Shown: in pieces, positions 1 through 11,772 of the stretch | Layout of the letters: each line of letters opens with the position of its first letter | Numbering within the stretch: the stretch's first letter is position 1 | Source of the DNA: Pseudomonadales bacterium | GTDB taxonomy: Bacteria; Pseudomonadota; Gammaproteobacteria; Pseudomonadales; DC-out160 | NCBI GenBank assembly: GCA_019090455.1 | Contig: JAHRWA010000058.1 | Span: forward strand, 1,989-65,988 | Direction: 5' to 3' | Length of the DNA: 64,000 bases | The notes under the pieces: model-generated | Seen by the model: only the letters and a program-made list of their open reading frames with translations | Database searches by the model: none | Told to the model about the DNA's origin: nothing | Program-made: the position numbers and the translations under genes

Positions 1-526
<526 letters not shown>

Positions 527-658
527 CTAAATTAAACGTATTTAAATTCAATGACTTCATTAATAATTGTTCTTCTATAACACTCTATTTCATACCGTTC
601 GGCTAAATAGCATTGCTATACCTAACAACCTGCATGGACCACAAAAGCATTCACAGCC

Positions 659-1150
659 CTATAGCCCTAGCACTTTTTCTCCTCGAGCTATTCCTGAAAC
701 ACCACTACGCACGACCTCAAGAATACCGCCTTCATCAAGAGCCTCAATGAAAGCATCGAGCTTACCGCTAGTCCCAGTCAGCTGAACCGTATACACCGCT
801 CCGCCCACATCCACTATCTGCCCTCTAAAAATATCAACAGTTCGCTTAATTTCAGAGCGCTGCGCGCCAACGGCCTTAATCTTTATCAGCATAAGCTCAC
901 GTTCGATGTGCGCCCCTTCTGTTAAATCGACTAACTTAACCACCTCAATCAGTTTATTAAGCTGCTTAGTTATCTGCTCAATTTTTGTATCGGGCCCCGT
1001 CGTAGTCAAAGTCAAACGCGACAAAGTTTCATCATCTGTGGGCGCTACGGTCAAGCTCTCAATATTATAATTTCGCTGCGAAAATAGCCCTACCACCCGA
1101 GACAATGCGCCCGCTTCGTTTTCCATCAAAATCGATATAATTCTTCTCAT
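659..1150 (-). CDS. ilvH: Acetolactate synthase small (regulatory) subunit
   Basis: MRRIISILMENEAGALSRVVGLFSQRNYNIESLTVAPT ACT-domain signature; follows the large subunit. Confidence 0.97.
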   Translation of the reverse strand: MRRIISILMENEAGALSRVVGLFSQRNYNIESLTVAPTDDETLSRLTLTTTGPDTKIEQITKQLNKLIEVVKLVDLTEGAHIERELMLIKIKAVGAQRSEIKRTVDIFRGQIVDVGGAVYTVQLTGTSGKLDAFIEALDEGGILEVVRSGVSGIARGEKVLGL

Positions 1151-1152
1151 CG

Positions 1153-2889
1153 CTATGTTCGCTCCGTTTTACTCAACCACATGTCTCGCATAGCGCCATC
1201 CTTGATCATCATGGGGTAAACATGCTCTTCTTTGTCTACATGAATATCCATAAAGACCAACCGGTCCTTCATGTTAAAACACTCTGTCATTGCCGACTTT
1301 AGATCAGACAACTTATCAACCCTCATACCCACATGACCGTATGCTTCGGCCAGTTTAACAAAATCAGGCAGAGAATCTTCATAGGTAGAGGAAGCATGAC
1401 GACCATCGTAATTCATATCTTGCCACTGCTTAACCATCCCTAAATAGCCATTATTAAGATTAATAATTTTTACTGGAAGACCGTACTGCAAGCACGTTGA
1501 AAGCTCCTGAATATTCATTTGAATACTGCCCTCACCCGTCACACACGCCACGGTAGCACCGGGATGCGCAACCAACACCCCCATTGCTGCGGGCAATCCA
1601 AACCCCATCGTGCCAAGACCACCAGAATTTATCCAACGACGCGGCTTATCGAACGGGTAATATAATGCAGCAAACATTTGATGCTGCCCTACATCTGACG
1701 AGACAAACGCGTCGCCTTTTGTCACTTCATGAAGTGTTTGAATGGCTTTTTGCGGCTTGATCACCTCAGTATCTGATTCATCATAATTCAAACAATTGCG
1801 TGCGCGCCAACCTTCAATCTGTTGCCACCAGGCCTCAAGGTTTCCAGCATTCGGCGTGTCAGTTTGCTCAGCCAACGACTGATTAAACAGCGTTATCATG
1901 TCTTGAAGAACTTGATCAACAGGACCTACTATGGGAATCGCCGCTTGAATGGTTTTCGATATCGAAGCCGGATCCACATCTATGTGAATAATGGTGGCAT
2001 TGGGGCAAAACTGAGTCACGTTATTCGTCACTCGATCATCGAAGCGAGCACCCACAGCCAAAATTGCATCACTATTATGCATAGCCATATTGGCCTCATA
2101 CGTACCATGCATTCCAAGCATTCCAACAAACTGTTTATCGCTAGCGGGAAACCCACCAAGCCCCATCAGAGTGTTGGTGACAGGGTATCCTGTTTGGCGC
2201 GCAAATTTAGTTAACAGATCCGAACCATCCCCGGTAACAACACCACCACCGGCATAAATAATTGGACGCTTGGCATTGAGTAACACATTAATCGCTTTCT
2301 TTATCTGCCCAGAATGGCCTCTGACAACAGGGCTATAAGAGCGCATTTTCACTTTCTTAGGGTATGAGTATTCAAACTTATCCAAGGGATTCGTCATATC
2401 CTTTGGGATATCAACGACAACAGGACCCGGCCGACCAGTAGAGGCTATATAGAAGGCCTTTTTAATCACCGTGGGAATATCTCGAGGATCTTTAATTAAG
2501 AAGCTGTGCTTTACCACTGGCCGTGATACCCCGACCATGTCAGTTTCTTGGAAAGCATCTTCACCAATCAGCGCGCTAGGAACATTCCCAGTAATAATTA
2601 CCATGGGAATAGAATCCATATACGCCGTGGCAATTCCGGTAATGGTATTCGTCGCCCCAGGACCAGAAGTCGCAAAGACAACCCCTGGTTTTCCCGTAGC
2701 ACGCGCGTAACCATCCGCCATATGTGCAGCCGCCTGCTCATGTCTCACTAGAATATGTCGTACTTTGTCTTGTCTAAATAATGCATCGTAGGTGTGCAGC
2801 ACTGCGCCACCAGGATAACCAAATACGGTATCAACCCCCTGATCTTCTAGGGAACGAATAACCATCTCCGCACCAGATAATAATTCCAC
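1153..2889 (-). CDS. ilvI: Acetolactate synthase III large subunit
   Basis: [46 protein letters not shown] and TPP motif [12 protein letters not shown]...NN. Confidence 0.97.
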   Translation of the reverse strand: MELLSGAEMVIRSLEDQGVDTVFGYPGGAVLHTYDALFRQDKVRHILVRHEQAAAHMADGYARATGKPGVVFATSGPGATNTITGIATAYMDSIPMVIITGNVPSALIGEDAFQETDMVGVSRPVVKHSFLIKDPRDIPTVIKKAFYIASTGRPGPVVVDIPKDMTNPLDKFEYSYPKKVKMRSYSPVVRGHSGQIKKAINVLLNAKRPIIYAGGGVVTGDGSDLLTKFARQTGYPVTNTLMGLGGFPASDKQFVGMLGMHGTYEANMAMHNSDAILAVGARFDDRVTNNVTQFCPNATIIHIDVDPASISKTIQAAIPIVGPVDQVLQDMITLFNQSLAEQTDTPNAGNLEAWWQQIEGWRARNCLNYDESDTEVIKPQKAIQTLHEVTKGDAFVSSDVGQHQMFAALYYPFDKPRRWINSGGLGTMGFGLPAAMGVLVAHPGATVACVTGEGSIQMNIQELSTCLQYGLPVKIINLNNGYLGMVKQWQDMNYDGRHASSTYEDSLPDFVKLAEAYGHVGMRVDKLSDLKSAMTECFNMKDRLVFMDIHVDKEEHVYPMMIKDGAMRDMWLSKTERT

Positions 2890-3281
2890 TTTTTTAACCT
2901 CTACTTAATTCCAAAAAGCCCTGACTTAAATATTTTGCTTTTTGTCACTTACCCTCATTTCCAGCTTTCAGCTTGCCTATCTAGCATTAATTGCACTTAA
3001 AACAAGCATAAAACCAACCAAACTCTCCCCGTACTCACCCATCTCCACCTTAAAGTTCGAGGCAGTCGATCACGTGATTGTTAGGAGTATCTATAAACGT
3101 CGTGAACTTTATGAACAGCAAGGCTTAACTAAACTGCATCATGGAATCAATGTTATTCGAGACAATCACAACAACCGTGTACCGATATCAGCTATACCAA
3201 TCGCTTTCGCAATCGTTATATTCGACTGTGTTACCTATCTCTGAATCGTTACTGATCCACAATTCGCATGCAAACCTGCTT

Positions 3282-3469
3282 GTTTGATGAGGGAAACGCT
3301 TTTTACGCTTGGCTCTTTCCTATGTACGCTTTGGGTGCGCTGTAGAGGAATTCAAACTCAGCTGAGTGAATAGCAGGATTACTGCTTAAAGGCTATGACC
3401 ACTCTATGAGTAACCTAGTGTTTCAGTGGTTCACTCAATCATAAGCAATAGTTGGAGTCACTTTATTGC
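3282..3469 (-). ncRNA. Candidate structured cis-regulatory RNA in the long ilvI leader
   Basis: Several nested complementary segments: GTTTGA/TCAAAC, TTCCT/AGGAA, TGAGTGAA/TTCACTCA, CCACT/AGTGG, AGCAG/CTGCT, GCAATA/TATTGC. No covariation evidence available. Confidence 0.35.
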
Positions 3470-3676
3470 CTATACCACCGCATTAGCTGGCCGATTGTGT
3501 CATATATGCTGATATTGTCAACAGTATGAGCCACTACACACTTAAATTTGGTTCACTACCAGCCACGCTTAATCCTTTATTTTTCTTCTGTATCTAGCTG
3601 ATTTTGGGGAATCCACCTAAACTAAGACAATCTTACATTTGGACCATTATTTTTCGTCAAACTGAGGTCGACTACA

Positions 3677-4174
3677 ATGAGACGCCGCAAATACACACCA
3701 CAAAACCAATGCGCACTATACCTGAAATCGATATTGCTGCTGGTGGTGTTCACTTTAATGTCAAACCCTGCATCGGCAGGCAAAATTTATAAGTGGGTAG
3801 ATGCTGAAGGCGTCACTCATTACACCCAGCACCCACCGAAAGATCAATCGATTGAAAAAGAGCAAATCAAAATCAAAAACAAGAAACCTCACGGAGCAGA
3901 TGAGGCCGCAGAAAAACTAGAAAGCAACCGTAAAGCACTTTTAGAGTCTGCCGCAGATCGGAAAACTAGCAGCAAAACAGATCCGGAGGATGCAGAGAGG
4001 CAAGAGGCTATCGATAAGAATTGCCAAATAGCGCGGGATAATCTAAAACAACTGAAAGAACACGCTCGCGTCAGGGAAGCAGGCGAAGACGGAGAGCTCA
4101 GATATCTATCCGAAGAAGAGCACCAAAAACGTAAAGACGACAACGCGGCCTTTTTACAGGATAATTGCAGCTAA
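3677..4174 (+). CDS. DUF4124-domain secreted protein
   Basis: Signal peptide (ASA|G), then IYKWVDAEGVTHYTQHPP (DUF4124 motif), coiled coil and terminal Cys pair; divergent from ilvI. Confidence 0.85.
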   Translation: MRRRKYTPQNQCALYLKSILLLVVFTLMSNPASAGKIYKWVDAEGVTHYTQHPPKDQSIEKEQIKIKNKKPHGADEAAEKLESNRKALLESAADRKTSSKTDPEDAERQEAIDKNCQIARDNLKQLKEHARVREAGEDGELRYLSEEEHQKRKDDNAAFLQDNCS

Positions 4175-4211
4175 AATAGACCAGCGCCCGAGAACTTGAG
4201 CAACCTCAGAA

Positions 4212-6791
4212 TCAGCGGCTAATCGAAAAGGTAAGCTCCTGATCTCTCACCGCGACTTTGATCGTATTCCCAGCGGCAAAGTCACCTTTCAATAACCGTT
4301 GAGCCAAGGGATCTTCAATACTTCGTTGAATAGCACGCTTTAATGGCCTGGCCCCGTACACGGGATCAAACCCCACCTCAGACAACTGACGTATCGCCTC
4401 ATCGCTAATCTCCAGCTTCATCTCTTTTTCCTGTAGTCGAGCCTTCAGCATTTTAAGCTGTACCTTGGCGATGCCATGAATATGGGCAGCACCCAAGGCA
4501 TGAAACACCACCATCTCATCAATACGATTGATAAACTCAGGACGAAAGTACTGACCTACCACATCGATAACGGCATTCCGCATGTCTTCGTAGGGGTTGT
4601 CCGCTGGCAGGTTTTGAATAATATCGGAACCCAAGTTAGAGGTCATGACAATAACGGTGTTTCTGAAATCCACCGTGCGGCCATGGCCATCCGTTAAGCG
4701 GCCTTCATCTAATACTTGCAGCAGGATATTAAACACATCCAAATGGGCTTTTTCTAACTCATCCAACAAGATCACAGAATAAGGGCGCCGCCTCACCGCT
4801 TCCGTAAGATATCCTCCTTCTTCATATCCCACATAGCCCGGTGGCGCTCCTATCAGACGAGCAACCGAGTGAGCCTCCATAAACTCAGACATATCAATGC
4901 GAATAAGCGCGTCATCCGTATCAAACAGAAAATCAGCCAACGCTTTACACAATTCTGTCTTACCCACACCCGTCGGCCCCAAAAACAAGAAAGATCCATT
5001 CGGCCGGTTTGGATCAGACAATCCAGCTCGCGACCGTCGAATGGCATTCGATACCGAATCAACCGCATGCTTCTGGCCAATCACCCGCAGATGAAGATTT
5101 TCCTCCATCCGCAACAACCTTTCTTTATCCCCTTCCAACATTTTAGAAACTGGGATACCCGTCCATTTAGACACGACATCGGCAATTTCCTCTTCAGTCA
5201 CTCGATTTCGGAGTAAGCGCATATCCATCATTTCAACTTGAGCCGCCATATCCAATTGTTTTTCTAACTCTGGAATACGGCCATACTGAAGCTCCGACAT
5301 TTTCGTTAGATCCCCTGCCCGCCGTGCCGCGTCAAATTCCACACGCGCTTGCTCAAGCTCAGCCTTAATCTGTTGGCTGCCATGTAAAGCCGCTTTTTCA
5401 GCATTCCAAATTTCATTGAGATCGGAGAACTCTTGCTCCAAGTTTTGAATATCCTCTTCGATTTTCTGTAGCCGCTTTCTAGACGCGATATCGGATTCTT
5501 TTCGTAAGGCTTCCTTTTCCATTTTTAATTGAATTAATTTTCGTTCCAGTTTATCCATTTCTTCTGGCTTAGAATCCATTTCCATTCGAATCAGGCTAGC
5601 GGCCTCATCGATGAGATCAATGGCCTTATCCGGTAACTGACGATCGCTAATGTAACGGTGGGATAGTTTCGCCGCTTCGACAATGGCGGGGTCTGTAATT
5701 TCCACTCCGTGATGCACTTCATACTTTTCCTTCAGTCCCCGCAAGATCGCAACCGTATCGTCTAAAGACGGTTCTTGTACCAACACTTTCTGGAACCGTC
5801 GCTCTAGCGCCGCATCTTTTTCAATATTCTGTCGATACTCATCCAACGTGGTGGCACCCACACAATGCAGCTCACCTCGCGCCAAGGCCGGCTTCAACAT
5901 ATTGCCGGCATCGATAGCACCCTCTCCTTTCCCCGCGCCCACCATGGTATGTATCTCATCAATAAACAGGATGATATTACCCTCCTGCTTTGACAGCTCA
6001 TTCAATACCGCTTTCAAACGCTCTTCAAATTCACCCCGCAATTTAGCTCCCGCTAACAAGGAGCCCATATCCAAAGACAGTACTTTTTTATTTTTTAAAC
6101 CTTCGGGAACCTCAGCGTTAATAATTCGTTGCGCCAAACCTTCCACTATCGCCGTTTTCCCAACGCCGGGTTCACCAATGAGTACGGGGTTATTTTTGGT
6201 TCTACGTTGCAGCACTTGTATTGTTCGCCGAATTTCATCATCTCGACCGATGACCGGATCAAGCTTCCCCCTTTCTGCTCGCTCAGTGAGATCAATGGTG
6301 TAACGATCTAATGCTTGCCTAACATCTTCCGCATTCACATCCGTCACCTTCTCGCCCCCACGAACTTGATCCACTGCCTTTTCAATACACTCCGTGTTTA
6401 AACCTGCCTGTTTGAATATTCTCGCAATTTCCCCTTTATCATCGACTGCCGCTAACAGTATCGATTCGGTAGTAATAAACTGATCGCCACGCTTCTGTGA
6501 AAATTTATCTGCCATATTCAGCAGCCGCCCAAAATCATTGGACATTTGCACATCGCCATCATGGTTTTCAATCGTCGCAATTCGGACCAGATGCGCTCTT
6601 AACGCCTCATTCAAATTCGCTAAATTCGCTCCGGCTTTTTCAAAAATAGGCCTCGCACTGCTACCCTCCTGCTCAAGCAGTGCAATGATTAAATGCGTGG
6701 GTTCAATCAGGTTATGATCCAGGCCCACAGCAATAGATTGTGCATCGGAAATCGCGATTTGCAATTTACTGGTCAAGCGATCTATACGCAC
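4212..6791 (-). CDS. clpB: ATP-dependent chaperone ClpB
   Basis: Two AAA+ modules ([16 protein letters not shown]), M-domain coiled coil, [16 protein letters not shown]. Confidence 0.98.
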   Translation of the reverse strand: MRIDRLTSKLQIAISDAQSIAVGLDHNLIEPTHLIIALLEQEGSSARPIFEKAGANLANLNEALRAHLVRIATIENHDGDVQMSNDFGRLLNMADKFSQKRGDQFITTESILLAAVDDKGEIARIFKQAGLNTECIEKAVDQVRGGEKVTDVNAEDVRQALDRYTIDLTERAERGKLDPVIGRDDEIRRTIQVLQRRTKNNPVLIGEPGVGKTAIVEGLAQRIINAEVPEGLKNKKVLSLDMGSLLAGAKLRGEFEERLKAVLNELSKQEGNIILFIDEIHTMVGAGKGEGAIDAGNMLKPALARGELHCVGATTLDEYRQNIEKDAALERRFQKVLVQEPSLDDTVAILRGLKEKYEVHHGVEITDPAIVEAAKLSHRYISDRQLPDKAIDLIDEAASLIRMEMDSKPEEMDKLERKLIQLKMEKEALRKESDIASRKRLQKIEEDIQNLEQEFSDLNEIWNAEKAALHGSQQIKAELEQARVEFDAARRAGDLTKMSELQYGRIPELEKQLDMAAQVEMMDMRLLRNRVTEEEIADVVSKWTGIPVSKMLEGDKERLLRMEENLHLRVIGQKHAVDSVSNAIRRSRAGLSDPNRPNGSFLFLGPTGVGKTELCKALADFLFDTDDALIRIDMSEFMEAHSVARLIGAPPGYVGYEEGGYLTEAVRRRPYSVILLDELEKAHLDVFNILLQVLDEGRLTDGHGRTVDFRNTVIVMTSNLGSDIIQNLPADNPYEDMRNAVIDVVGQYFRPEFINRIDEMVVFHALGAAHIHGIAKVQLKMLKARLQEKEMKLEISDEAIRQLSEVGFDPVYGARPLKRAIQRSIEDPLAQRLLKGDFAAGNTIKVAVRDQELTFSISR

Positions 6792-6919
6792 AGAAATTCC
6801 CTCAAGTTATGGCTATTCATATTAATAACGGTCCAGCGACCTATCTAAAAGAATAGTCCAGTGACACTTGATAACAAAAGAGATGAGGAATGGAGAGATG
6901 GGGATCGATTTCGAGGACT

Positions 6920-7744
6920 TTAATTCTTAAACCAAATCAAACTAGCGATGCGGCCGGTTTCACCATCTCGGCGATAGGAATAAAAGCGTTTGGCTTGCTC
7001 TTCATTCTGCGTAGTACTATCAGAATAGGTACAATAACCATCGCCATAGATTTCAGTCACACCTAGCGCTTGTAGTTGGATTTTAGCTAAGACATAAAGA
7101 TCAGCGTACCAATGCTCAGCTCGGGCAGCGGATTTAAATGCCATTTGATAAAGAGAGTTCTTGTTTTCAAATTGCGCCTTAACCTCTGCCCCCACCTCAA
7201 AATAAGGCTGGCTAATAGCCGGACCCAACCAAGCCATAATCTGTTGAGGGGATGCCTGGAAAGAGCTTATGGTCGCATCTACAATGCCATTGACCAACCC
7301 TCGCCACCCCGCATGGACAGCTGCAATTTGTTCTCCCGCCTTGTCACATAACAATATCGGCAGGCAATCTGCCGTCAGCACCACACAGATACTATTGTCA
7401 TTACGAGGACTGCCGCAATCACCCCTACGAGTGCCAATACTCGCATCCGCATATAGCGGCGCAGCACTCTCAAAAGTTTGATCCGTATGAACGACATTCA
7501 CACTGTGCGTTTGCTCTAACCAAGCAGGCTCACCGGGCAATCCCAATTGTTCCACCAAACTCAACCTATTCAATCTCACGCTAGCAGGATCATCCCCTAC
7601 ATGCGTCGCTAGATTAAAACTATCATACGGTGGCAGACTCACACCCCCAAATCGAGTGGTGACGGCTGAACCTATAGTGGGAGGTGTGGGCCAACGAGGA
7701 AGGATCAAATCATTTACGTTACCATTTATGCTTTCAGCACTCAT
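6920..7744 (-). CDS. pgeF: Peptidoglycan editing factor PgeF (YfiH family)
   Basis: FNLATHVGDD, LEQTHS, TADCLPILL, HAGWRGL, FYSYRRDG; between rluD and clpB. Confidence 0.93.
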   Translation of the reverse strand: MSAESINGNVNDLILPRWPTPPTIGSAVTTRFGGVSLPPYDSFNLATHVGDDPASVRLNRLSLVEQLGLPGEPAWLEQTHSVNVVHTDQTFESAAPLYADASIGTRRGDCGSPRNDNSICVVLTADCLPILLCDKAGEQIAAVHAGWRGLVNGIVDATISSFQASPQQIMAWLGPAISQPYFEVGAEVKAQFENKNSLYQMAFKSAARAEHWYADLYVLAKIQLQALGVTEIYGDGYCTYSDSTTQNEEQAKRFYSYRRDGETGRIASLIWFKN

Positions 7745-7817
7745 GCCTACTCCACCGGACCTTTGATATCCGTTCTGCCATTTCTAGCGGGATCGCCTCA
7801 TTTGGCAGAGTATGTTC

Positions 7818-8789
7818 TCAATCATAATTAGGGCCATTTTTTTTGAGATCATCGGAAAGCACGTCCAATAAATGCAACATATCTGCTGGTAGAGGCACCT
7901 CCCACTCACAGTATTCGTCAGTTCGAGGATGTTGCAGACCTAGCTTTTTCGCATGCAAGGCCTGACGACGAAAAGCTCGCAGTTCATCAATTAACTCTGG
8001 CGTTGCGCCTTTGGGTAACTTCAAGCGCCCGCCATAAACGGGATCGCCTAGTAACGGATGCTGCACATGAGTCATGTGTACTCTAATCTGATGAGTTCGC
8101 CCGGTTTCTAATCGAACGCTGAGACGGGTGTGGGAGCGATATCTTTCTATTATCCGATAATGAGTCACCGCAGGCTTACCACTGTGAACAACTGCCATCC
8201 TTGTTCTCTGCGTGGGGTGGCGAGCAATGGGTTGATCCACCATTCCGCCTCCTGTCATCTCTCCGATAACAATCGCCTCGTACTCCCTGTGCACTGACTT
8301 ATCTTGTAGCTGCCCAACTAATGAAGTGTGAGCCTCTAGATTTTTTGCCACCACCATTAATCCCGAGGTTTCTTTATCTAATCGATGCACAATCCCGGCG
8401 CGTGGTAATGTAGCCTGCGCATCCGACCGATAAACCAAGCCATTTAACACGGTTCCCTGTTGGTGTCCTGCACCAGGATGCACCACCATACCCGCCGGTT
8501 TATTTATCACCAGTAAGTCCTCATCCTCATAAACGATATCCAGTTCTATATCGTTGGGTTCCCAGGACTCCTCCACCTCCAACTCCGCTGAAATCGTTAG
8601 CAACTCCCCTCCGACTAGTTTTTCTTTGGGTTTTCTGACCTTACCGTCAACCAATAATTCACCTGACTGTATCCAGCCCTTCAGCCGAGACCGAGAAAAC
8701 TGAGAAAAGAGAGTCGCGGCAATTTGATCCAAACGCTTACCCGCTAACGAGTCTTCAACCTGCTGCTCTAAAGATATATTTTGCGACAT
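7818..8789 (-). CDS. rluD: 23S rRNA pseudouridine synthase RluD
   Basis: S4 domain, NKPAGMVVHPGAG, GIVHRLDKETSG, LETGRTHQIRVH. Confidence 0.97.
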   Translation of the reverse strand: MSQNISLEQQVEDSLAGKRLDQIAATLFSQFSRSRLKGWIQSGELLVDGKVRKPKEKLVGGELLTISAELEVEESWEPNDIELDIVYEDEDLLVINKPAGMVVHPGAGHQQGTVLNGLVYRSDAQATLPRAGIVHRLDKETSGLMVVAKNLEAHTSLVGQLQDKSVHREYEAIVIGEMTGGGMVDQPIARHPTQRTRMAVVHSGKPAVTHYRIIERYRSHTRLSVRLETGRTHQIRVHMTHVQHPLLGDPVYGGRLKLPKGATPELIDELRAFRRQALHAKKLGLQHPRTDEYCEWEVPLPADMLHLLDVLSDDLKKNGPNYD

Positions 8790-8925
8790 GGGAATTTGTG
8801 CTTTACTCCTAGGTCAAACTTGTTTCGTTTTGTGGTTAAATTTACAATCTAAGGTTAACATTAGCCTTGAATTAAAGATCCGACTTAACACACTCTTTCC
8901 TTTGGCTATTCCGGACACCCGCATA

Positions 8926-9762
8926 ATGGTTATTCTACGCACACTCCTTATTTTATCTCTGCCATTCTTACTCTTTGCCTGCTCCAGTGCCGACAAAAAG
9001 AAGCCAAGCCAACAACTCTCGGAACAGCAATATTACGAAGACGCCCAACAAGCCATTAATTCAAATAATTATATTGTAGCGGTTGAGCACCTGCAGGAGC
9101 TAGAATCAAGATTTCCCTTTGGTCGCTATGCAGAACAATCACAATTGGATTTAATCTACACCTATTACAAAAGTATCGATTACGGCGCTGCATTAGCGGC
9201 TTGCGCCCGATTTATTCGCTTGCATCCAGATCACCCTAATGTGGATTACGCATATTACATGAAGGGGTTATCCTCCTATAGTATTGATCGCGGCCTGTTA
9301 GCTCGATTTCTACCAACCGAACCCTCACAACGCGATATGCAACCCGCCAAAACTTCCTTTTCGCAATTTAACACTCTCGTCAATAAATTCCCCGAAAGTC
9401 GATACAGTCATGATGCTCGCCAGAGAATGATCTATCTACGCAGCCTATTAGCTGAAAATGAGCTTTATGTTGCCGAGTATTACATGAAACGGCGCGCATT
9501 TTTGGCCGCTGCGAACCGTGGCCGGTTCATCGTAGAAAACTACCAAAACACTCCGTCCGCCCCCAAAGGCCTCGCCATGATGATCAAAGCCTATCGCAAT
9601 CTAGACTTGAAGGACTTGGCGGATGATACTTTGCAAATATTGGCCTCGAATTACCCCGATTATGAAGAATTAAATAGTAGCGGCGAACTTATTTACGAAA
9701 CCAAAGTACGCAACGACGAACGCTCCTGGTTGAACATCCTCACTTTTGGGCTCATTGGTTAA
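8926..9762 (+). CDS. bamD: Outer membrane protein assembly lipoprotein BamD/ComL
   Basis: Start moved to ATG 8926 to give a signal peptide with lipobox LFAC; TPR motifs RFPFGRYAEQ and FIRLHPDHPNVDYAYY; divergent from rluD. Confidence 0.94.
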   Translation: MVILRTLLILSLPFLLFACSSADKKKPSQQLSEQQYYEDAQQAINSNNYIVAVEHLQELESRFPFGRYAEQSQLDLIYTYYKSIDYGAALAACARFIRLHPDHPNVDYAYYMKGLSSYSIDRGLLARFLPTEPSQRDMQPAKTSFSQFNTLVNKFPESRYSHDARQRMIYLRSLLAENELYVAEYYMKRRAFLAAANRGRFIVENYQNTPSAPKGLAMMIKAYRNLDLKDLADDTLQILASNYPDYEELNSSGELIYETKVRNDERSWLNILTFGLIG

Positions 9763-9782
9763 CAAACAAATGGGTTAACGAT

Positions 9783-11444
9783 TTATTCGCCAGCAGGCCA
9801 GCGGCAGGTGATCGGGTAACGACGATCTTTGCCGAAGCCTCTTGATGTTATCCGCACCCCAACAGGTGCTTGACGCCTTTTATACTCATTAAGATCAACC
9901 AGTCGAATAACTCGCTTCACCACCGCCTCATCGTAGCCTCGGCTAATAATGACATCGGCACTTAAATCTTGCTCTACGTACCATTCTAAGATTTGATCAA
10001 GTTCATCGTAGGGAGGAAGTGAATCACTGTCCTTTTGATCGGGAGCTAATTCGGCGGACGGTGGCCGATCAATAACACGCTGTGGAATGACCATCGCAGC
10101 ATTGCTTTGGTTGACGCCGACGTAATCCCGGTTTCGGTATTCGCACAACTGAAACACCATAGTCTTGGGCACATCCTTCAGCACATCATAGCCACCGGCC
10201 ATATCGCCATATAAAGTGGCATATCCCACAGCCATTTCACTTTTATTGCCTGTCGTTAACACGATTGAACCGTTTTTATTGGACATCGCCATTAACAAGA
10301 CTCCACGACACCGGGCCTGTAAATTCTCTTCAGTAGTATCGACTTCCATACCAACAAAATCTGACTCCAGGGAGGACATAAAGGCATTATAAATCGCTTC
10401 AATCGGTTTGATCTTGTATTCAACACCCAGAATATTCGCCTCTTTCGCCGCATCATCAAGACTCATTTGCGATGTGTATTTAAAGGGCATCATTATGGCT
10501 TGCACTCGATCCTTACCCAAAGCATCTACGGCAACGGCAAGCGTTAAGGCAGAATCAATCCCCCCAGACAAACCTAGAACAGCGCCTTTAAATCCGTTTT
10601 TATTGACATAATCTCTGACACCCAACACCAACGCTTCATACACACTGGCTAGCAACGTTCTTGATGTCGTCAGAGCAGGCAAATCAACGGCAGGTACTCC
10701 CTGATCTGTGACACTAAAATCCACATAATAGGTGTCTTCGACAAAAGTGGGAGCGGCAAAACTCAATCCCCCACAGTCGTCAACCACCATGGAGCCGCCA
10801 TCAAAAACCAATTCATCTTGCCCTCCCACCATATTGGCGTAGACAATGGGCATCTCCCCCTCAAGGGCACGGGTCTTTAACAAGGCAATGCGCTCTTGCT
10901 CTTTGTTGAGGTGGTAGGGAGAGGCATTAATATTCAACATGAGTTTCGCCCCTGCAACTTTAGCCTGTGACATAGGACCTTCATGCCAGATATCTTCACA
11001 AATAGTGAGAGCGGTAGGCACGCCATTTAGATCAAATACCGTGGCACAATCACCGGCTTCAAAATAACGTTTTTCATCGAACACCTGATAATTCGGTAAC
11101 ATTTGCTTTTCATACTCAGCAATCAACTTACCCTTATGAATCACACCAGCCACATTGAATAGGCTCTCTCCATCCCCTCTCGGATAACCCACTACCACAT
11201 AAAACTCTTGCACTTCGACCATTATTCTCTCAAGCGCATTTTGGACTCTCACTCGAATACTCGGTCTCAACAGTAGGTCTTCAGGTGGGTATCCTGTCAA
11301 AGCCAACTCTGGGAACACAATAATATCGGGGCTATTGGCTTTTCGAATTTGCTGAATCGTGGCAATAATCTTATCGGTATTGCCATTAATGTCGCCCACG
11401 ACGAAATTACTCTGGGCGATTGCTAATCTAATGTTGTTATTCAT
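9783..11444 (-). CDS. nadE: Glutamine-dependent NAD+ synthetase
   Basis: Nitrilase domain (VFPEL, YEKQMLPNY, ICEDIW) plus GLSGGIDS, ENLQAR, TTGNKSE, PPSAEL; start taken at ATG 11444 (MNNNIRL). Confidence 0.96.
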   Translation of the reverse strand: MNNNIRLAIAQSNFVVGDINGNTDKIIATIQQIRKANSPDIIVFPELALTGYPPEDLLLRPSIRVRVQNALERIMVEVQEFYVVVGYPRGDGESLFNVAGVIHKGKLIAEYEKQMLPNYQVFDEKRYFEAGDCATVFDLNGVPTALTICEDIWHEGPMSQAKVAGAKLMLNINASPYHLNKEQERIALLKTRALEGEMPIVYANMVGGQDELVFDGGSMVVDDCGGLSFAAPTFVEDTYYVDFSVTDQGVPAVDLPALTTSRTLLASVYEALVLGVRDYVNKNGFKGAVLGLSGGIDSALTLAVAVDALGKDRVQAIMMPFKYTSQMSLDDAAKEANILGVEYKIKPIEAIYNAFMSSLESDFVGMEVDTTEENLQARCRGVLLMAMSNKNGSIVLTTGNKSEMAVGYATLYGDMAGGYDVLKDVPKTMVFQLCEYRNRDYVGVNQSNAAMVIPQRVIDRPPSAELAPDQKDSDSLPPYDELDQILEWYVEQDLSADVIISRGYDEAVVKRVIRLVDLNEYKRRQAPVGVRITSRGFGKDRRYPITCRWPAGE

Positions 11445-11710
11445 GAATGGACCTTTAATAGCTGAGGCGCCTATTCTGGCCAAAACTGAGTAAATTGTGT
11501 AGCCCTAATCAAACGATTGTGTAGCCGTCGACAGACAACCTAGACTTAAACTATTAAAATGTAAGGCTTTCTCTATCACACTCACACTTACAATTTGTCA
11601 TCGAGCGACTCGAGCTCACTCCATGCCTCTCAATGCGGACACCGCCAGTAAGAGCTAATATTAGAGAGCCCGAATTGAATTAAGGTTTATTGATGAAAGT
11701 TCTAATAGGA

Positions 11711-11770
11711 CAGATTCCGTTACGACGTATTCCGTTACAACAAGCTCCATTAAAACAAGCTCCACCAAGA
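11711..11770 (+). repeat. Degenerate 4 x 15-nt tandem repeat immediately upstream of pilS
   Basis: CAGATTCCGTTACGA / CGTATTCCGTTACAA / CAAGCTCCATTAAAA / CAAGCTCCACCAAGA. Confidence 0.75.
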
Positions 11771-11772
11771 CA

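Noticed and set aside
2942-3244. 100-aa ORF upstream of ilvI, and a possible ilv attenuator peptide
   Set aside because: TTG start without RBS and no recognisable motif; no convincing Ile/Leu/Val-rich leader with terminator was seen on the minus strand.
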